Positions 19,838-30,857 of a stretch of DNA of 64,000 nt are shown piece after piece. A model generated the notes under the pieces. The model ran no database searches. It saw only the letters and a program-made list of their open reading frames with translations, and was not told the origin of the DNA. The stretch lies in the NCBI GenBank assembly GCA_028716265.1, contig JAQUQD010000003.1:6191-70190 (forward strand). The letters run 5' to 3'. The position numbers were made by a program, and so were the translations under genes. Each line of letters begins with the position of its first letter. Within the stretch, counting starts at the first letter, position 1. The stretch comes from Bacteroidales bacterium. GTDB lineage: Bacteria; Bacteroidota; Bacteroidia; Bacteroidales; JAGONC01.

Positions 19838-19838
19838 T

Positions 19839-21089
19839 ATGCTGTACCACCTTTTCAGATACCTTGACCAGACCTATGACCTTCCGGGAGCCGGTGTTTT
19901 TCAATACATCTCGTTTCGAGCTGCCATGGCTGTGATCACTTCGCTACTGATCACCATGGTCATCGGCAAATCCCTGATCAGGCTACTGCAGCGAAAGCAG
20001 ATCGGCGAATCCGTGCGAGACCTGGGCCTTAGCGGTCAAATGGAGAAAGCAGGCACTCCCACCATGGGGGGACTGATCATTCTGGGGGCCATCCTGATCC
20101 CTGCCCTGCTCTTTGCGCGGCTCGATAATATTTATATCATCCTGATCCTCGTTTCCACGGCATGGCTCGGAATCATTGGTTTTATAGACGATTATATCAA
20201 AGTATTCAAAAACAACAAAAAAGGTCTGGCAGCAAAGTTCAAGGTACTCGGTCAGGTGATCCTGGGACTTGTGATCGGGCTGACCATCTTTTTCAATGAG
20301 GATATCGTCATCAGGGAAAAAATTCCCGGAACGGAGTCCACTTCATCCATTATCAACGGCAACACGAGCAATATCCATGCAACCTATCACTTCAGCCGGG
20401 AAACCATTAAGTCGACCAAAACGACGATCCCGTTTTTCAAGAATAACGAGCTCGATTATGCCAAAGCACTCAGATTCCTGGGGGAAGGCTACCAGAAATG
20501 GGCGTATCTCATATACGTTCCCATTGTCATCCTGATCATTATCGGTGTGTCGAACGGAGCCAACCTGACCGATGGGCTCGACGGGTTGGCAACAGGAACC
20601 TCTGCCGTTGTGGGCGCTACGCTGGGGATCCTTGCCTGGGTGTCAGGCAATATCGTGTTTGCCGATTACCTGAACATCATGTACATACCCAACCTCGGGG
20701 AGTTGACCATTTTCATCAGTGCCTTCGTAGGGGCCTGCATTGGATTCATGTGGTACAACTCCTACCCTGCCCAGGTCTTTATGGGCGACACTGGCAGTCT
20801 CGCACTGGGTGGGACGATTGCAGTCTGTGCCATCCTGATCAGGAAAGAGTTGCTGATCCCCCTGCTTTGCGGTATTTTCCTGGTGGAAAGCCTTTCCGTC
20901 GCGATCCAGGTGCTCTATTTCAAATATACGAGGATACGGTTCGGCCAGGGGAAACGAATCTTCAGGATGGCACCTCTTCATCACCATTACCAGATGCTGG
21001 GGTATCCTGAACCAAAGATCGTACAGCGATTCCTGATCGTAGGGATCATGCTGGCCGTTTTTTCAGTTATAACATTAAAGCTAAGATAA
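19839..21089 (+). CDS. mraY: phospho-N-acetylmuramoyl-pentapeptide transferase
   Basis: [11 protein letters not shown]... starts at ATG 19839, one base after the murE stop. [15 protein letters not shown], and [11 protein letters not shown]. The ORF-track start 19740 overlaps murE and is rejected. Confidence 0.93.
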   Translation: MLYHLFRYLDQTYDLPGAGVFQYISFRAAMAVITSLLITMVIGKSLIRLLQRKQIGESVRDLGLSGQMEKAGTPTMGGLIILGAILIPALLFARLDNIYIILILVSTAWLGIIGFIDDYIKVFKNNKKGLAAKFKVLGQVILGLVIGLTIFFNEDIVIREKIPGTESTSSIINGNTSNIHATYHFSRETIKSTKTTIPFFKNNELDYAKALRFLGEGYQKWAYLIYVPIVILIIIGVSNGANLTDGLDGLATGTSAVVGATLGILAWVSGNIVFADYLNIMYIPNLGELTIFISAFVGACIGFMWYNSYPAQVFMGDTGSLALGGTIAVCAILIRKELLIPLLCGIFLVESLSVAIQVLYFKYTRIRFGQGKRIFRMAPLHHHYQMLGYPEPKIVQRFLIVGIMLAVFSVITLKLR

Positions 21090-21110
21090 TCAGACCAGAA
21101 CGATCCATTC

Positions 21111-22496
21111 ATGCCATCAGAGAAAAACATAGTTGTACTGGGAGCCGGAGAAAGCGGGGTGGGTGCTGCTGTCCTGGCGAAAAAAATGGGCCATCGGGTA
21201 TTTGTGAGCGACAGGGGAACCATCCGGGAAAACTACCGGAACCTTCTTCTGCAACACGATATCGAATTCGAGGAAGGGAAGCATGATGCAGGAAGGATAC
21301 GAAAAGCCGATGAGTTGATCAAAAGTCCCGGTATTCCTGATGTCACCGGCATGATCCAGGAGCTCCGCAAGACAGATATTCCGGTGACGGGAGAGATCGA
21401 ATTTGCAGCAAGGTACTGCAGTGGGAGGAAGATATGCATCACCGGAAGCAACGGCAAAACGACGACAACCCTTCTCACAGGTCATATCCTGAAAAAAGCA
21501 GGATTGGATGTGGCAGTTGCGGGAAATGTCGGGACCAGTTTCGCCATGGAGTTGGCCCAGGGGGATCATGCTTTCTGGGTGCTGGAGATCAGCAGCTTCC
21601 AGTTGGACAACATGTACGATTTCAGAGCCGACATCGCCATTCTGATGAACATCACACCGGATCACCTCGACCGTTACGATCATCAGTTCAGCCGCTACGT
21701 CGATTCAAAGTTCAGGATCGTCCGGAACCAGAAGCCAAACGATGCATTCATCTACTGCCTTGATGACCAAGTGATCAGAGCAGAGATGGATAAACGGGAG
21801 ATTGCAGCAGATAAATACTCCTTTACCATTCTTCGCAGCGGAGAGGGCCCTGGAGGCTGGCTTGAAAGGCCACTGGGCATATCCTCCGGTGAAAGAAACG
21901 AGAAATCCAATGCTATTGTCATTAACGTACATAATGAACCATTTACCATGACACTTGAAAGCCTGGCATTACAAGGACGTCACAACATTTACAATTCGCT
22001 TGCCGCAGGGATTGCAAGCAGGATACTGGACCTGCGGAAGGAGATTGTCAAGGAAAGTTTGTCCGATTTTCAGCAAATCGAACACCGGCTCGAGTTCGTA
22101 GCAAAAGTTCACGGAGTTGAATTCATCAATGACTCGAAAGCGACCAATGTGAACTCGGTATGGTACGCGCTGGAATCGATCGACCGTCCGATCATCTGGA
22201 TCGCGGGGGGGACGGACAAAGGGAACGACTATTCCATGCTGTATGAACTGGTCAGGAAAAAAGTGAAGGCCATTGTGTGCCTTGGCCTCGATAACCAGAA
22301 AATCATCCAGGCGTTTGGTGGAATCGTGAAAACCATTGCCGAAACCCGCTCGGCGAGGAAAGCGGTGGAAGCAGCCTACCAGCTGGCCAGTCACGGCGAT
22401 GTGGTTCTCTTGTCTCCAGCCTGTGCAAGCTTCGACCTGTTCAACAACTATGAGGATAGGGGCAGGCAGTTCAAGGAGGAGGTTAGGAGGCTGTAG
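21111..22496 (+). CDS. murD: UDP-N-acetylmuramoylalanine--D-glutamate ligase
   Basis: 461 aa. GAGESGVGAA, ITGSNGKTTTT, and the C-terminal SPACASFDLFNNYEDRG. Confidence 0.93.
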   Translation: MPSEKNIVVLGAGESGVGAAVLAKKMGHRVFVSDRGTIRENYRNLLLQHDIEFEEGKHDAGRIRKADELIKSPGIPDVTGMIQELRKTDIPVTGEIEFAARYCSGRKICITGSNGKTTTTLLTGHILKKAGLDVAVAGNVGTSFAMELAQGDHAFWVLEISSFQLDNMYDFRADIAILMNITPDHLDRYDHQFSRYVDSKFRIVRNQKPNDAFIYCLDDQVIRAEMDKREIAADKYSFTILRSGEGPGGWLERPLGISSGERNEKSNAIVINVHNEPFTMTLESLALQGRHNIYNSLAAGIASRILDLRKEIVKESLSDFQQIEHRLEFVAKVHGVEFINDSKATNVNSVWYALESIDRPIIWIAGGTDKGNDYSMLYELVRKKVKAIVCLGLDNQKIIQAFGGIVKTIAETRSARKAVEAAYQLASHGDVVLLSPACASFDLFNNYEDRGRQFKEEVRRL

Positions 22497-22500
22497 GGTG

Positions 22501-22528
22501 GAGAGGAGAGAGGAGAAAGGAGAAATAT
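22501..22528 (+). repeat. purine heptamer tract (GARAGGA)x3-4 in the murD-ftsW spacer
   Basis: gagagga gagagga gaaagga gaaatat. It shares the 14-mer gagaggagaaagga with 2878-2891. Confidence 0.7.
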
Positions 22529-22561
22529 GTAATACCATTAAAAAATAATGATCAGCAGTCA

Positions 22562-23713
22562 ATGAAAAGTTTTAAGGGAGATAAAGTGATTTGGGTGGTA
22601 GTGTTCATCCTTTCGATCATCTCCATCGTTGCAGTATACAGTACAACGGGGACGCTTGCTTATAAGTACCAGGGTGGCAACACGGAGTATTATTTGATCA
22701 AGCATGTAGTGATCCTTTTGCTTGCGCTGGGGTTGATGTTCTTTGCACATCGTGTCAAGTACACCTATTATTCCAGGATATCACAGATCGCATTGATCAT
22801 CGCCGTTCCTTTGCTTTTCCTTGCCCTCTTTTTCGGCACTTCCATCCATGAGGCCTACCGCTGGTATAAAATCCTGAACGTTTCCTTCCAGCCTTCGGAT
22901 TTTGCCAAGCTGGCGCTGATCATGTTCCTGGCCAGACTGCTCACCAAGAAGCAGGACGCCATCAAGGATTTCCGGTCAGCGTTTGTACCCATTATCCTTC
23001 CTGTGATCATTATTTGCGCCCTGATCCTGCCGGCGAACTTCTCGACAGCAGCCATTCTGTTCGTGACATGCATCGTGCTGATGTTCCTGGGAAGAGTCAA
23101 CATGCGATACATCCTGGCTCTGATAGGAATAGGTTGTGCTGTCCTGGTCATTTTCTTTGTCATCGTTTTCAGAAATCCTGAAGTGGGCCGTTTCGGGACA
23201 TGGAAGGCACGCATTGAAAGCTATATCAATCCCCAGGGGGAGGATCATTACCAGTCGGATCAGGCCAAGATCGCGATCGCCAACGGAGGGATCCTGGGCA
23301 AGGGTCCGGGTAACAGCATGCAGAAAAATTTCCTTCCCCACCCCTACTCTGATTTCATATTCGCCATCATCATTGAGAGTTTTGGATTGGTTGGAGGGAT
23401 CGTCGTACTGCTGTTGTACCTGATCTTGTTTTACCGGACGATCCGCATCGCCATACGGTGCCAGCGATCGTTCGGTTCGTTCCTTGCCCTTGGACTGGGA
23501 TTCAGTATCGTGTTCCAGGCCATGATCAACATGGGAGTGGCTGTCAGCCTGTTACCCGTCACAGGTCAGACGTTGCCCCTGGTCAGCATGGGAGGCACGT
23601 CGATGTGGTTCACATTCATTGCCCTGGGGGTCATTGTCAGTGTAAGCCGTGATCTGGAGATAGAACCGGAAGAAGATGAGGAGGAAATTCAAAATGAATA
23701 TGTCGCAGGTTAA
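22562..23713 (+). CDS. ftsW: FtsW/RodA/SpoVE family peptidoglycan glycosyltransferase (cell division FtsW)
   Basis: 383 aa, about 10 TM helices. FQPSDFAKLALI, SDFIFAII, and LPLVSMGGTS. Confidence 0.9.
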   Translation: MKSFKGDKVIWVVVFILSIISIVAVYSTTGTLAYKYQGGNTEYYLIKHVVILLLALGLMFFAHRVKYTYYSRISQIALIIAVPLLFLALFFGTSIHEAYRWYKILNVSFQPSDFAKLALIMFLARLLTKKQDAIKDFRSAFVPIILPVIIICALILPANFSTAAILFVTCIVLMFLGRVNMRYILALIGIGCAVLVIFFVIVFRNPEVGRFGTWKARIESYINPQGEDHYQSDQAKIAIANGGILGKGPGNSMQKNFLPHPYSDFIFAIIIESFGLVGGIVVLLLYLILFYRTIRIAIRCQRSFGSFLALGLGFSIVFQAMINMGVAVSLLPVTGQTLPLVSMGGTSMWFTFIALGVIVSVSRDLEIEPEEDEEEIQNEYVAG

Positions 23714-24809
23714 TAAACACATCATACTCAGCGGAGGAGGCACGGGAGGCCATATCTTCCCGGCCATCGCCATTGCCGGCGCGTTGAAGCAGCTGCTGCC
23801 CGGGTCAGAGATCCTTTTCATCGGAGCCAAAGGAAGGATGGAGATGCAAAAGGTTCCGCTGGCGGGCTATCCTATCGAAGGGATCTGGATCAGCGGATTT
23901 CAGCGCAGGCTGACCTTCAGGAACCTCCTTTTCCCATTGAAGCTGATCGTGAGTTTATGGAAGGTAAACCGGATCATCCGTCGCTTTAAACCCGATGTGG
24001 TCATCGGCACGGGCGGATATGCCAGCGGTCCTGCCTTAAAGGTGGCAACGCGAAGAAAGTTGCCGACGCTGATATGCGAACAGAATTTCTACCCGGGAGT
24101 GACCAACCGTCTGCTTGGCAGCAAAGCCGATTGCATCTGTGTGGCGCATCACGGTATGGAGCGTTACTTTCCCGCTTCCAAGATCATTGTCACAGGCAAT
24201 CCCGTACGACAGGAGATGGTCCGGACCGCAGGCAAAAAACAGGCGGCCCTTGACTTTTTTGGCCTGAGTGATCAGAAGTCCACACTTCTGATCATCGGCG
24301 GCAGCCAGGGAGCACTTTCCATCAACCAGGCAGTGGGCTCGCAACTCGATGAGCTTCAGGGAGCGAGTTGTCAGATCATCTGGCAGACGGGTGCACACTT
24401 TTTTGCGGAGGCGCAGGAGCTTGTGAAAAGACGCAACTATGCTCATGTCCATGTGCTCTCGTTCATCGAACGGATGGACTTTGCCTACGCGGCGGCCGAT
24501 GTGGTGGTGTCGCGGGCGGGAGCTATTGCTATCTCAGAGCTTTGCCTGGTTAAGAAACCGGCCATACTGGTACCCCTCCCCTTTGCCGCCGAGGATCATC
24601 AGACAAAGAATGCCATGGCACTGGTGGAACAAGGGGCTGCTGTCATGATCAAAGACCAGGATCTCGATAAATCCCTTTCTGTGACAGTCACCGAGCTGCT
24701 GGAAAACAAAGACCGGCAGCTTCGTCTCAGTGAGCAGATAGGTAAACTTGGGATAGAGGACGCAGCCCTCCGGATCGCCCGGGAGGCACTCCGACTGATG
24801 AAGATGTAA
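23694..24809 (+). CDS. murG: undecaprenyldiphospho-muramoylpentapeptide beta-N-acetylglucosaminyltransferase
   Basis: ILSGGGTGGHIFPAIAIA, GGSQGA, and AAEDHQTKNA. Start ATG 23694 preferred over 23676. Confidence 0.9.
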   Translation: MNMSQVNKHIILSGGGTGGHIFPAIAIAGALKQLLPGSEILFIGAKGRMEMQKVPLAGYPIEGIWISGFQRRLTFRNLLFPLKLIVSLWKVNRIIRRFKPDVVIGTGGYASGPALKVATRRKLPTLICEQNFYPGVTNRLLGSKADCICVAHHGMERYFPASKIIVTGNPVRQEMVRTAGKKQAALDFFGLSDQKSTLLIIGGSQGALSINQAVGSQLDELQGASCQIIWQTGAHFFAEAQELVKRRNYAHVHVLSFIERMDFAYAAADVVVSRAGAIAISELCLVKKPAILVPLPFAAEDHQTKNAMALVEQGAAVMIKDQDLDKSLSVTVTELLENKDRQLRLSEQIGKLGIEDAALRIAREALRLMKM

Positions 24810-24818
24810 GAAAAGCAA

Positions 24819-26189
24819 ATGAATCTGAACACATTACATAGCATCTATTTCCTCGGCATCGGAGGCATTGGGATGAGCGCCCAGGCGCGGTACTTCCGGC
24901 ATCGTGGCATCCGTGTGGCCGGTTATGACCGGGCCGGGACGCCATTCATCCAACAGCTGATGCAGGAGGGGATTCCGATCCATGACACGGAAGACATCAG
25001 CCAGCTGCCATCTGATATCGACCTGGTCATTTACACTCCGGCGATCCCGCCTGACCACAGGGAGTTCGTTTTCCTTAAAGAAAAGGGTTATCCGATGATG
25101 AAGCGAGCTGAGGTGCTGGGCGAGCTGACCAGAGGTAAATTCACCATCGCGGTGGCCGGCACGCACGGGAAAACAACCATCACTTCCATGATCACGCACA
25201 TCCTGAAAACGGCCAGCCTCAGAATGAACGCATTCATTGGGGGGATCAGCAGAAATTATGGCTCCAATCTGGTCGATGACAACGACCCCGACGTGATGAT
25301 CGTGGAGGCCGATGAGTTCGACCGGTCGTTTCTGCACCTTTCTCCCAACATTGCAGTCATCAGTGCGATGGACGCCGATCACCTGGATGTGTACGGATCC
25401 CATGAGAACATGGTAGCTTCGTACAAGGAATTTGCCTCACGGGTGAAGTCAGGCGGTCACCTGGTGATCAACCATTCCATACGGGACTATTTCCCGCAAG
25501 GTGAAAGAATCCGGACGGTATCAGTTAGCGCCCCGGAAGCGGACGTTTGGGCCACAAACGCTCGCTTTGTCGGGGGAAGACAATACCTTGACATCCGGTT
25601 TCCTGATAAACGGCTCAGTGCCCTGCATGTGGGCGTCCCAGGCAGGTTCAACGTGGAAAATGCGCTCACCGCCGTCGCAGCATCATCCCTTGCAGGTATC
25701 GGAGAACAAGCATTTCGGCAGGCACTGGGATCATTTGCAGGTGTGGAACGAAGGTTCGACTTCCGTGTCGTAACGGATCAGGTCGTCTACATCGACGATT
25801 ACGCACATCACCCCCGCGAGATCACAGCCTGCATCAACGCTGCCCGCGACCTCTATCCCGGCCGAAGGATCACGGGTATCTTTCAACCGCACCTTTTCTC
25901 ACGTACCCGCGATTTTCTGCCAGACTTTGCACTCAGCCTCAACCTGTTGGATGAGCTGATTCTCCTGGACATCTATCCGGCCAGGGAAAAGCCCATCGAG
26001 GGTATTAGCTCGCATAAACTACTGGAAATGATTGATCTAAAACATAAATGCACCTGTACAAAAGATGATTTAATGGAAAAACTTGCCAGCAGACCGCTCG
26101 ACATCCTGCTCAGCCTGGGTGCAGGTGACATCGATCAACTGGTAAAACCTATTGAACTCATGCTGAAGAAACGCTATGGAGCTGTTTAA
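24819..26189 (+). CDS. murC: UDP-N-acetylmuramate--L-alanine ligase
   Basis: 456 aa. FLGIGGIGMSA, VAGTHGKTTITSM, and DDYAHHPREI. Confidence 0.93.
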   Translation: MNLNTLHSIYFLGIGGIGMSAQARYFRHRGIRVAGYDRAGTPFIQQLMQEGIPIHDTEDISQLPSDIDLVIYTPAIPPDHREFVFLKEKGYPMMKRAEVLGELTRGKFTIAVAGTHGKTTITSMITHILKTASLRMNAFIGGISRNYGSNLVDDNDPDVMIVEADEFDRSFLHLSPNIAVISAMDADHLDVYGSHENMVASYKEFASRVKSGGHLVINHSIRDYFPQGERIRTVSVSAPEADVWATNARFVGGRQYLDIRFPDKRLSALHVGVPGRFNVENALTAVAASSLAGIGEQAFRQALGSFAGVERRFDFRVVTDQVVYIDDYAHHPREITACINAARDLYPGRRITGIFQPHLFSRTRDFLPDFALSLNLLDELILLDIYPAREKPIEGISSHKLLEMIDLKHKCTCTKDDLMEKLASRPLDILLSLGAGDIDQLVKPIELMLKKRYGAV

Positions 26190-26976
26190 AAAAATACTGA
26201 TCATCCTGTTCTGGTTACTTCTGGCAGGTTCGATGGTCTTCCTGATGGGTTTCATCGATAGCAAGAACGGCGAACTGAAAGTCAGCTCCATTGAGATCAC
26301 CATTCAGCGTTCGACCGACGTGGTCCTGATCACCGAAGAAGATGTGATGAACATCATCGGGAACGACGAGAACCGATTGATTGGCCGGCCTTATGAAGAG
26401 ATATGTCTGGAGGAGCTGGAGAACCGTTTGAGAGGCAATGGTTATGTCGCAGACGTCAATATTCACTCAAGGATCCAGGGCGATCTGTATATTGACCTCA
26501 CCCAGCGTACCCCCCTGGCCCGCGTCATCAACAGCAACCATGAACCATTCTACCTATCCACTGACGGGCATACGATGGCTCTGCATTCGTCGGTCATCAT
26601 GCCCTCGATCCTTGCCACGGGCTTGATCCCCGACAGCCTGGATCCGGCCGTTACACTCAGAACGCTGGATTACATCCCCGAAAACGAACGGAACCGGCTA
26701 TCCGCACTCGAGATGATCTATAACCTGGCGCTATCCATCCAGAAGGATAAATTTCTAAGCGCCCAGATCGAACAGGTCTATATCAATGAGAAGGGTGAAG
26801 TGGAAATGATCCCAAAGGTGGGGGATCACCTCATCCTGTTTGGCGATCTGGAACACATGGAAGGTAAATTCAATAAACTCACTGCTTTTTACAAGGAGGG
26901 GATACGGTATTCGGGATGGGATGTGTATGATACGGTGAACCTTAAATATAGGAACCAAATAGTCTGTACCAAATAA
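26176..26976 (+). CDS. ftsQ: cell division protein FtsQ (POTRA-containing)
   Basis: 266 aa. N-terminal TM helix. Located between murC and ftsA. Confidence 0.7.
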   Translation: MELFKKILIILFWLLLAGSMVFLMGFIDSKNGELKVSSIEITIQRSTDVVLITEEDVMNIIGNDENRLIGRPYEEICLEELENRLRGNGYVADVNIHSRIQGDLYIDLTQRTPLARVINSNHEPFYLSTDGHTMALHSSVIMPSILATGLIPDSLDPAVTLRTLDYIPENERNRLSALEMIYNLALSIQKDKFLSAQIEQVYINEKGEVEMIPKVGDHLILFGDLEHMEGKFNKLTAFYKEGIRYSGWDVYDTVNLKYRNQIVCTK

Positions 26977-26983
26977 AAGTTTT

Positions 26984-28264
26984 ATGGAACCATCAGAAAT
27001 CATTGTCGGACTTGACGTTGGAACAACCAAAATAGCGGCGATCGTCGGGAGAAAGGATGAATTTGGAAAGATACAGATCCTGGGCCTGGGCCAGACGGAA
27101 TCCATCGGAGTGCGCCGGGGAGTTGTTTCCAACATTGAGCAAACCGTTGCGTCCATCGAGAGGGCCATCCGAGAGGCAGAGATCCATTCGGGAGTGAACA
27201 TTGCCACGGTGAGCGTTGGTATTGCAGGGCAGCACATCAAAAGCCTTCAGCATCACGGGGGAATGATCCGCAGCAACATCGACGAGGAGATCAACCAGGA
27301 GGACATTGACAACCTGACGGAGAGCATGTTCAAGCTGGCCATGAATCCCGGGGAGGAGATCATTGATGTGATCCCTCAGGAATTCACCATCGACGGGGAG
27401 CAGTATATCAAAGAACCCAAAGGTATGTCGGGCATATCGATTGAGGCTGACTTTCACATCATCACCGGGCAGACCACTGCGGCTAAGAACATTTACAAAT
27501 GTGTCAAGAAGGCTAACCTGGAGGTGAACGAACTGATCCTGGAGCCCATGGCGTCGGCTGTCGCGGTATTGAGCGAAGAAGAGAAAGAAGCGGGAGTCGT
27601 TCTGGTGGATATTGGGGGCGGCACTTCTGACATAGCCATCTTCCAGGACGGGATCATCCGCCACACGGCAGTGATCCCACTGGGTGGAGACATTGTCACC
27701 GAAGATGTGAAAGAAGGATGCACAATCATCAAAAGGCATGCTGAGGAACTCAAGATCAAGTTCGGGAGCGCGCTGGCCAGCGAGAACAAAGACGAGGAGA
27801 TCGTTTCCATCCCTGGACTGCGGGGAAGGCCGCCCAAGGAGATCTCCCTGAAAAACCTGGCAAGTATCATCCAGGCGCGGATGGAGGAGATCATTGAGCA
27901 CATTTACTTTGAGATAAAAAATTCCGGTTACGATAAAAAAATGATCGCCGGGATCGTCCTGACGGGAGGAGGGGCTCAGCTACGGCATATCGCACAGCTT
28001 ACCGAATTCATGACTGGCATGGACACGCGGATTGGCTATCCCAACGAACATCTGGGTACGGATGTGCCGGATGAGATCGCCAGCCCGATGTACGCTACGG
28101 GGGTTGGCCTGGTCTTGATCGGTCTGGACAGAGCTGAGAAAGAAAGATTAAAGTTCGCGGGAAACCACGTGATGAAGGCCAAAAGGGATCACCGCAGGGA
28201 CCGCCCCGGCTTCTTTGACAAAATCAAGGCCTGGTTTGACGAAGAGGATATCCAGCAGAAGTAA
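26984..28264 (+). CDS. ftsA: cell division protein FtsA
   Basis: 426 aa. VGLDVGTTKIAAIVG, VDIGGGTSDIAIF, and LTGGGAQL. Confidence 0.93.
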   Translation: MEPSEIIVGLDVGTTKIAAIVGRKDEFGKIQILGLGQTESIGVRRGVVSNIEQTVASIERAIREAEIHSGVNIATVSVGIAGQHIKSLQHHGGMIRSNIDEEINQEDIDNLTESMFKLAMNPGEEIIDVIPQEFTIDGEQYIKEPKGMSGISIEADFHIITGQTTAAKNIYKCVKKANLEVNELILEPMASAVAVLSEEEKEAGVVLVDIGGGTSDIAIFQDGIIRHTAVIPLGGDIVTEDVKEGCTIIKRHAEELKIKFGSALASENKDEEIVSIPGLRGRPPKEISLKNLASIIQARMEEIIEHIYFEIKNSGYDKKMIAGIVLTGGGAQLRHIAQLTEFMTGMDTRIGYPNEHLGTDVPDEIASPMYATGVGLVLIGLDRAEKERLKFAGNHVMKAKRDHRRDRPGFFDKIKAWFDEEDIQQK

Positions 28265-28346
28265 TTAACAATGACACTGTGGATAAATAAAATCCCTGTT
28301 TATACGATAAAATGCATACTAAACCTATAATTTTAACCTGCAAATT

Positions 28347-29918
28347 ATGAAAGCCCAAATGATCAAATTCGAGTCACCCAAAAATCAGTCTTCAATCATT
28401 AAAGTCCTTGGTGTAGGCGGCGGAGGAAGTAATGCCGTCAACCACATGCTGAGCCAGGGTATCAAAGGGGTCGACTTCATTATCTGCAATACCGACGCAC
28501 AGGCACTTCAAAACAGCATGGTACCCAGTAAAGTCCAGCTTGGTTCCAAAGGGCTTGGAGCCGGCTCCATCCCCTCGGTGGGTCGCGAAGCTGCCCTGGA
28601 GAACATTGACCAGATCAAGTCCCTGTTGCAAACCAATACCCAGATGCTGTTCGTCACGGCGGGGATGGGAGGCGGCACCGGAACGGGAGGAGCTCCGGTC
28701 ATTGCTCAGGTGGCAAGGGATCTGGGCATCCTCACCGTGGGGATCATTACACTACCTTTTTCATTTGAAGGCAGAAAAAGGCGCCAGCAAGCTGACCTAG
28801 GCGTGGAAGAGATGCGCAAATACGTGGATACCCTGCTGATCATATCCAATGACAAACTCAGGGAGCAGTACGGGAATCTCAAGCTGTCGGAAGCTTTTGG
28901 CAAAGCCGACGACATCCTGACCACGGCCGCCAAGGGCATCGCCGAGATCATCACGGTCCCCGGTTATATCAACGTGGACTTCGAAGACGTCAAAACGGTC
29001 ATGAAGGACAGCGGTGTGGCCATCATGGGCACCGGAGTGGCAGAAGGCCCGAACAGGGCGCGGACAGCCGTAGAATCCGCCCTCAACTCACCCCTGCTTA
29101 ACGATAACAATATCAAGGGCGCCAGCAACATCCTACTGTATATCTCCTCCGGATCAGATGAGATCTCCATGGATGAAGTGAGCGAGATCACCGAATACAT
29201 TCAGACAGAGTCGGGTAACAGCGCTGAGATCATCTGGGGAAACGGAACGGAAGAATCCCTCGGAGACCTGATCAGCATAACCATCATCGCCACCGGCTTT
29301 GCTCCCACCCATGCCGACAGGAAAGCGACAATCCTGAAAAAGGAGAACGTCGTCGTCCATAATCTCGATGAAAGCGGACTGAACAACGAAAAAAGACCAT
29401 CCACCGACAGAGAGGAGCTGCACAATGAGATCAGGCTGATCAATAAGTCACAGGAAGTGATCACCAAAAAAAATTCAGCCTACGAGCCAGCCCCGAAGGA
29501 AAAGGTTATAGCTCCGATCGATCTTGGATTCATTTCACCGATTCTGAATGAAGACCTGGATCAGCCACCGGCAGCCTGTGCCGACAAGCCAGAACTTAAC
29601 GTCGGGGAATCCGCGCCAATCAGCCTGAGAACCTTCACTCCCGAACCGGGAAGCATGAGTGATGAAGAGATCGAAGATATTGAAACAAGAGCGAAGGAAA
29701 GGATCAGAAAACTAAAGGATCTAAGCCTTAAATTACGCACTCCCAGCGGGCTTGCCGAACTGGAAACCGAACCTGCCTATCTACGCCGGAATGTCAAACT
29801 GAACGAAGTGCCGCCATCAACCTCTACCTATGTGGCCAAATACAGCTTATCGGTAGATGAGGAACAGAATGGTGAGATAAAGACAAACAATGCGTTCCTG
29901 CACGACAACGTTGATTGA
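28347..29918 (+). CDS. ftsZ: cell division GTPase FtsZ with long C-terminal linker
   Basis: 523 aa. VLGVGGGGSNAV, the tubulin signature GGGTGTGGAPV, NVDFEDV, and the C-terminal peptide region AFLHDNVD. Confidence 0.95.
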   Translation: MKAQMIKFESPKNQSSIIKVLGVGGGGSNAVNHMLSQGIKGVDFIICNTDAQALQNSMVPSKVQLGSKGLGAGSIPSVGREAALENIDQIKSLLQTNTQMLFVTAGMGGGTGTGGAPVIAQVARDLGILTVGIITLPFSFEGRKRRQQADLGVEEMRKYVDTLLIISNDKLREQYGNLKLSEAFGKADDILTTAAKGIAEIITVPGYINVDFEDVKTVMKDSGVAIMGTGVAEGPNRARTAVESALNSPLLNDNNIKGASNILLYISSGSDEISMDEVSEITEYIQTESGNSAEIIWGNGTEESLGDLISITIIATGFAPTHADRKATILKKENVVVHNLDESGLNNEKRPSTDREELHNEIRLINKSQEVITKKNSAYEPAPKEKVIAPIDLGFISPILNEDLDQPPAACADKPELNVGESAPISLRTFTPEPGSMSDEEIEDIETRAKERIRKLKDLSLKLRTPSGLAELETEPAYLRRNVKLNEVPPSTSTYVAKYSLSVDEEQNGEIKTNNAFLHDNVD

Positions 29919-29987
29919 CAGGCCCACACAATAAACAGCAAGCTCATCAGTATCGAGCGATATCCGGCCTGGTGAAGATCTACTTTC

Positions 29988-30824
29988 TTAAGCACCCAGC
30001 ATCAGACGCTTGAAAGCGGTCACTTTCAGTTCCTTATCTGTAGCTTCAAGAAATTGCCTGATCGTCTTCGTGTTATCGCGCACAAAGTCCTGGTTCATCA
30101 GGGTGTTGTCCTTAAAAAACTTATTTAACTTGCCAAATGCAATTTTCTCCAGTATATTCTCGGGTTTTCCTTCCTGTCGTGCCTGTTCCTTCCCGATCTC
30201 GATCTCCTGGTCGATGATTTTCTGATCCACATCATCCTTGTCGATCGCTAAAGGATTCATGGCTGCCACCTGCATGGCCACCTGGTGGGTCACTTCCACA
30301 AATGCACCATCTCCCCTTTTGTTGAATCCGACGATCGTAGCCAGACGGTTACCAAAATGGTTATAGGCTGTTACCAAGGGAGCCTCGATGAACTCATAAT
30401 GAGCGATTTCCATTTTCTCTCCGATCTTTCCGACCAGGTCCATCAGGTTATCCTGTACCGACCGTCCGTTGAGGTCCAGACTTTTAAATTCATCCAGGGA
30501 ACGGGGTTTCTGTACCAGTGAGAGTTCTACGATATGCCGGACATAGTCACCGAATTCCTGGTTCTTGGCGGCAAAATCCGTTTCGCAGCTTACCATGATG
30601 TTAACAGCGAAGGTATGTTCAGGATTGATGGCGGCCATGACGATCCCCTCATTGGCATCGCGGTCGGCACGCTTTGCAGCGACCTTGAGTCCTTTTTTCC
30701 TGAGGTATTCGATCGCTTTTTCAAAATCACCATTGCTCTCATTGAGTGCCTGTTTGCAGTCCATCATACCGGATCCGGTAAGCTGTCTTAGTTTCTGCAC
30801 ATCGGCAGCAGTAATATTTGCCAT
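29988..30824 (-). CDS. tsf: translation elongation factor Ts
   Basis: 278 aa. ITAADVQKLRQLTGSGMMDCKQAL and LRKKGLKVAAKRADR. Confidence 0.93.
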   Translation of the reverse strand: MANITAADVQKLRQLTGSGMMDCKQALNESNGDFEKAIEYLRKKGLKVAAKRADRDANEGIVMAAINPEHTFAVNIMVSCETDFAAKNQEFGDYVRHIVELSLVQKPRSLDEFKSLDLNGRSVQDNLMDLVGKIGEKMEIAHYEFIEAPLVTAYNHFGNRLATIVGFNKRGDGAFVEVTHQVAMQVAAMNPLAIDKDDVDQKIIDQEIEIGKEQARQEGKPENILEKIAFGKLNKFFKDNTLMNQDFVRDNTKTIRQFLEATDKELKVTAFKRLMLGA

Positions 30825-30857
30825 TTCATCGGGTTTTAGTAAAGTGAAAATGAATGA

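Noticed and set aside
29919-29987. Possible terminator between ftsZ and tsf (CAGGCC...GGCCTG)
   Set aside because: It has only a 6-bp stem with a loop of about 40 nt and no U-run. Not convincing.
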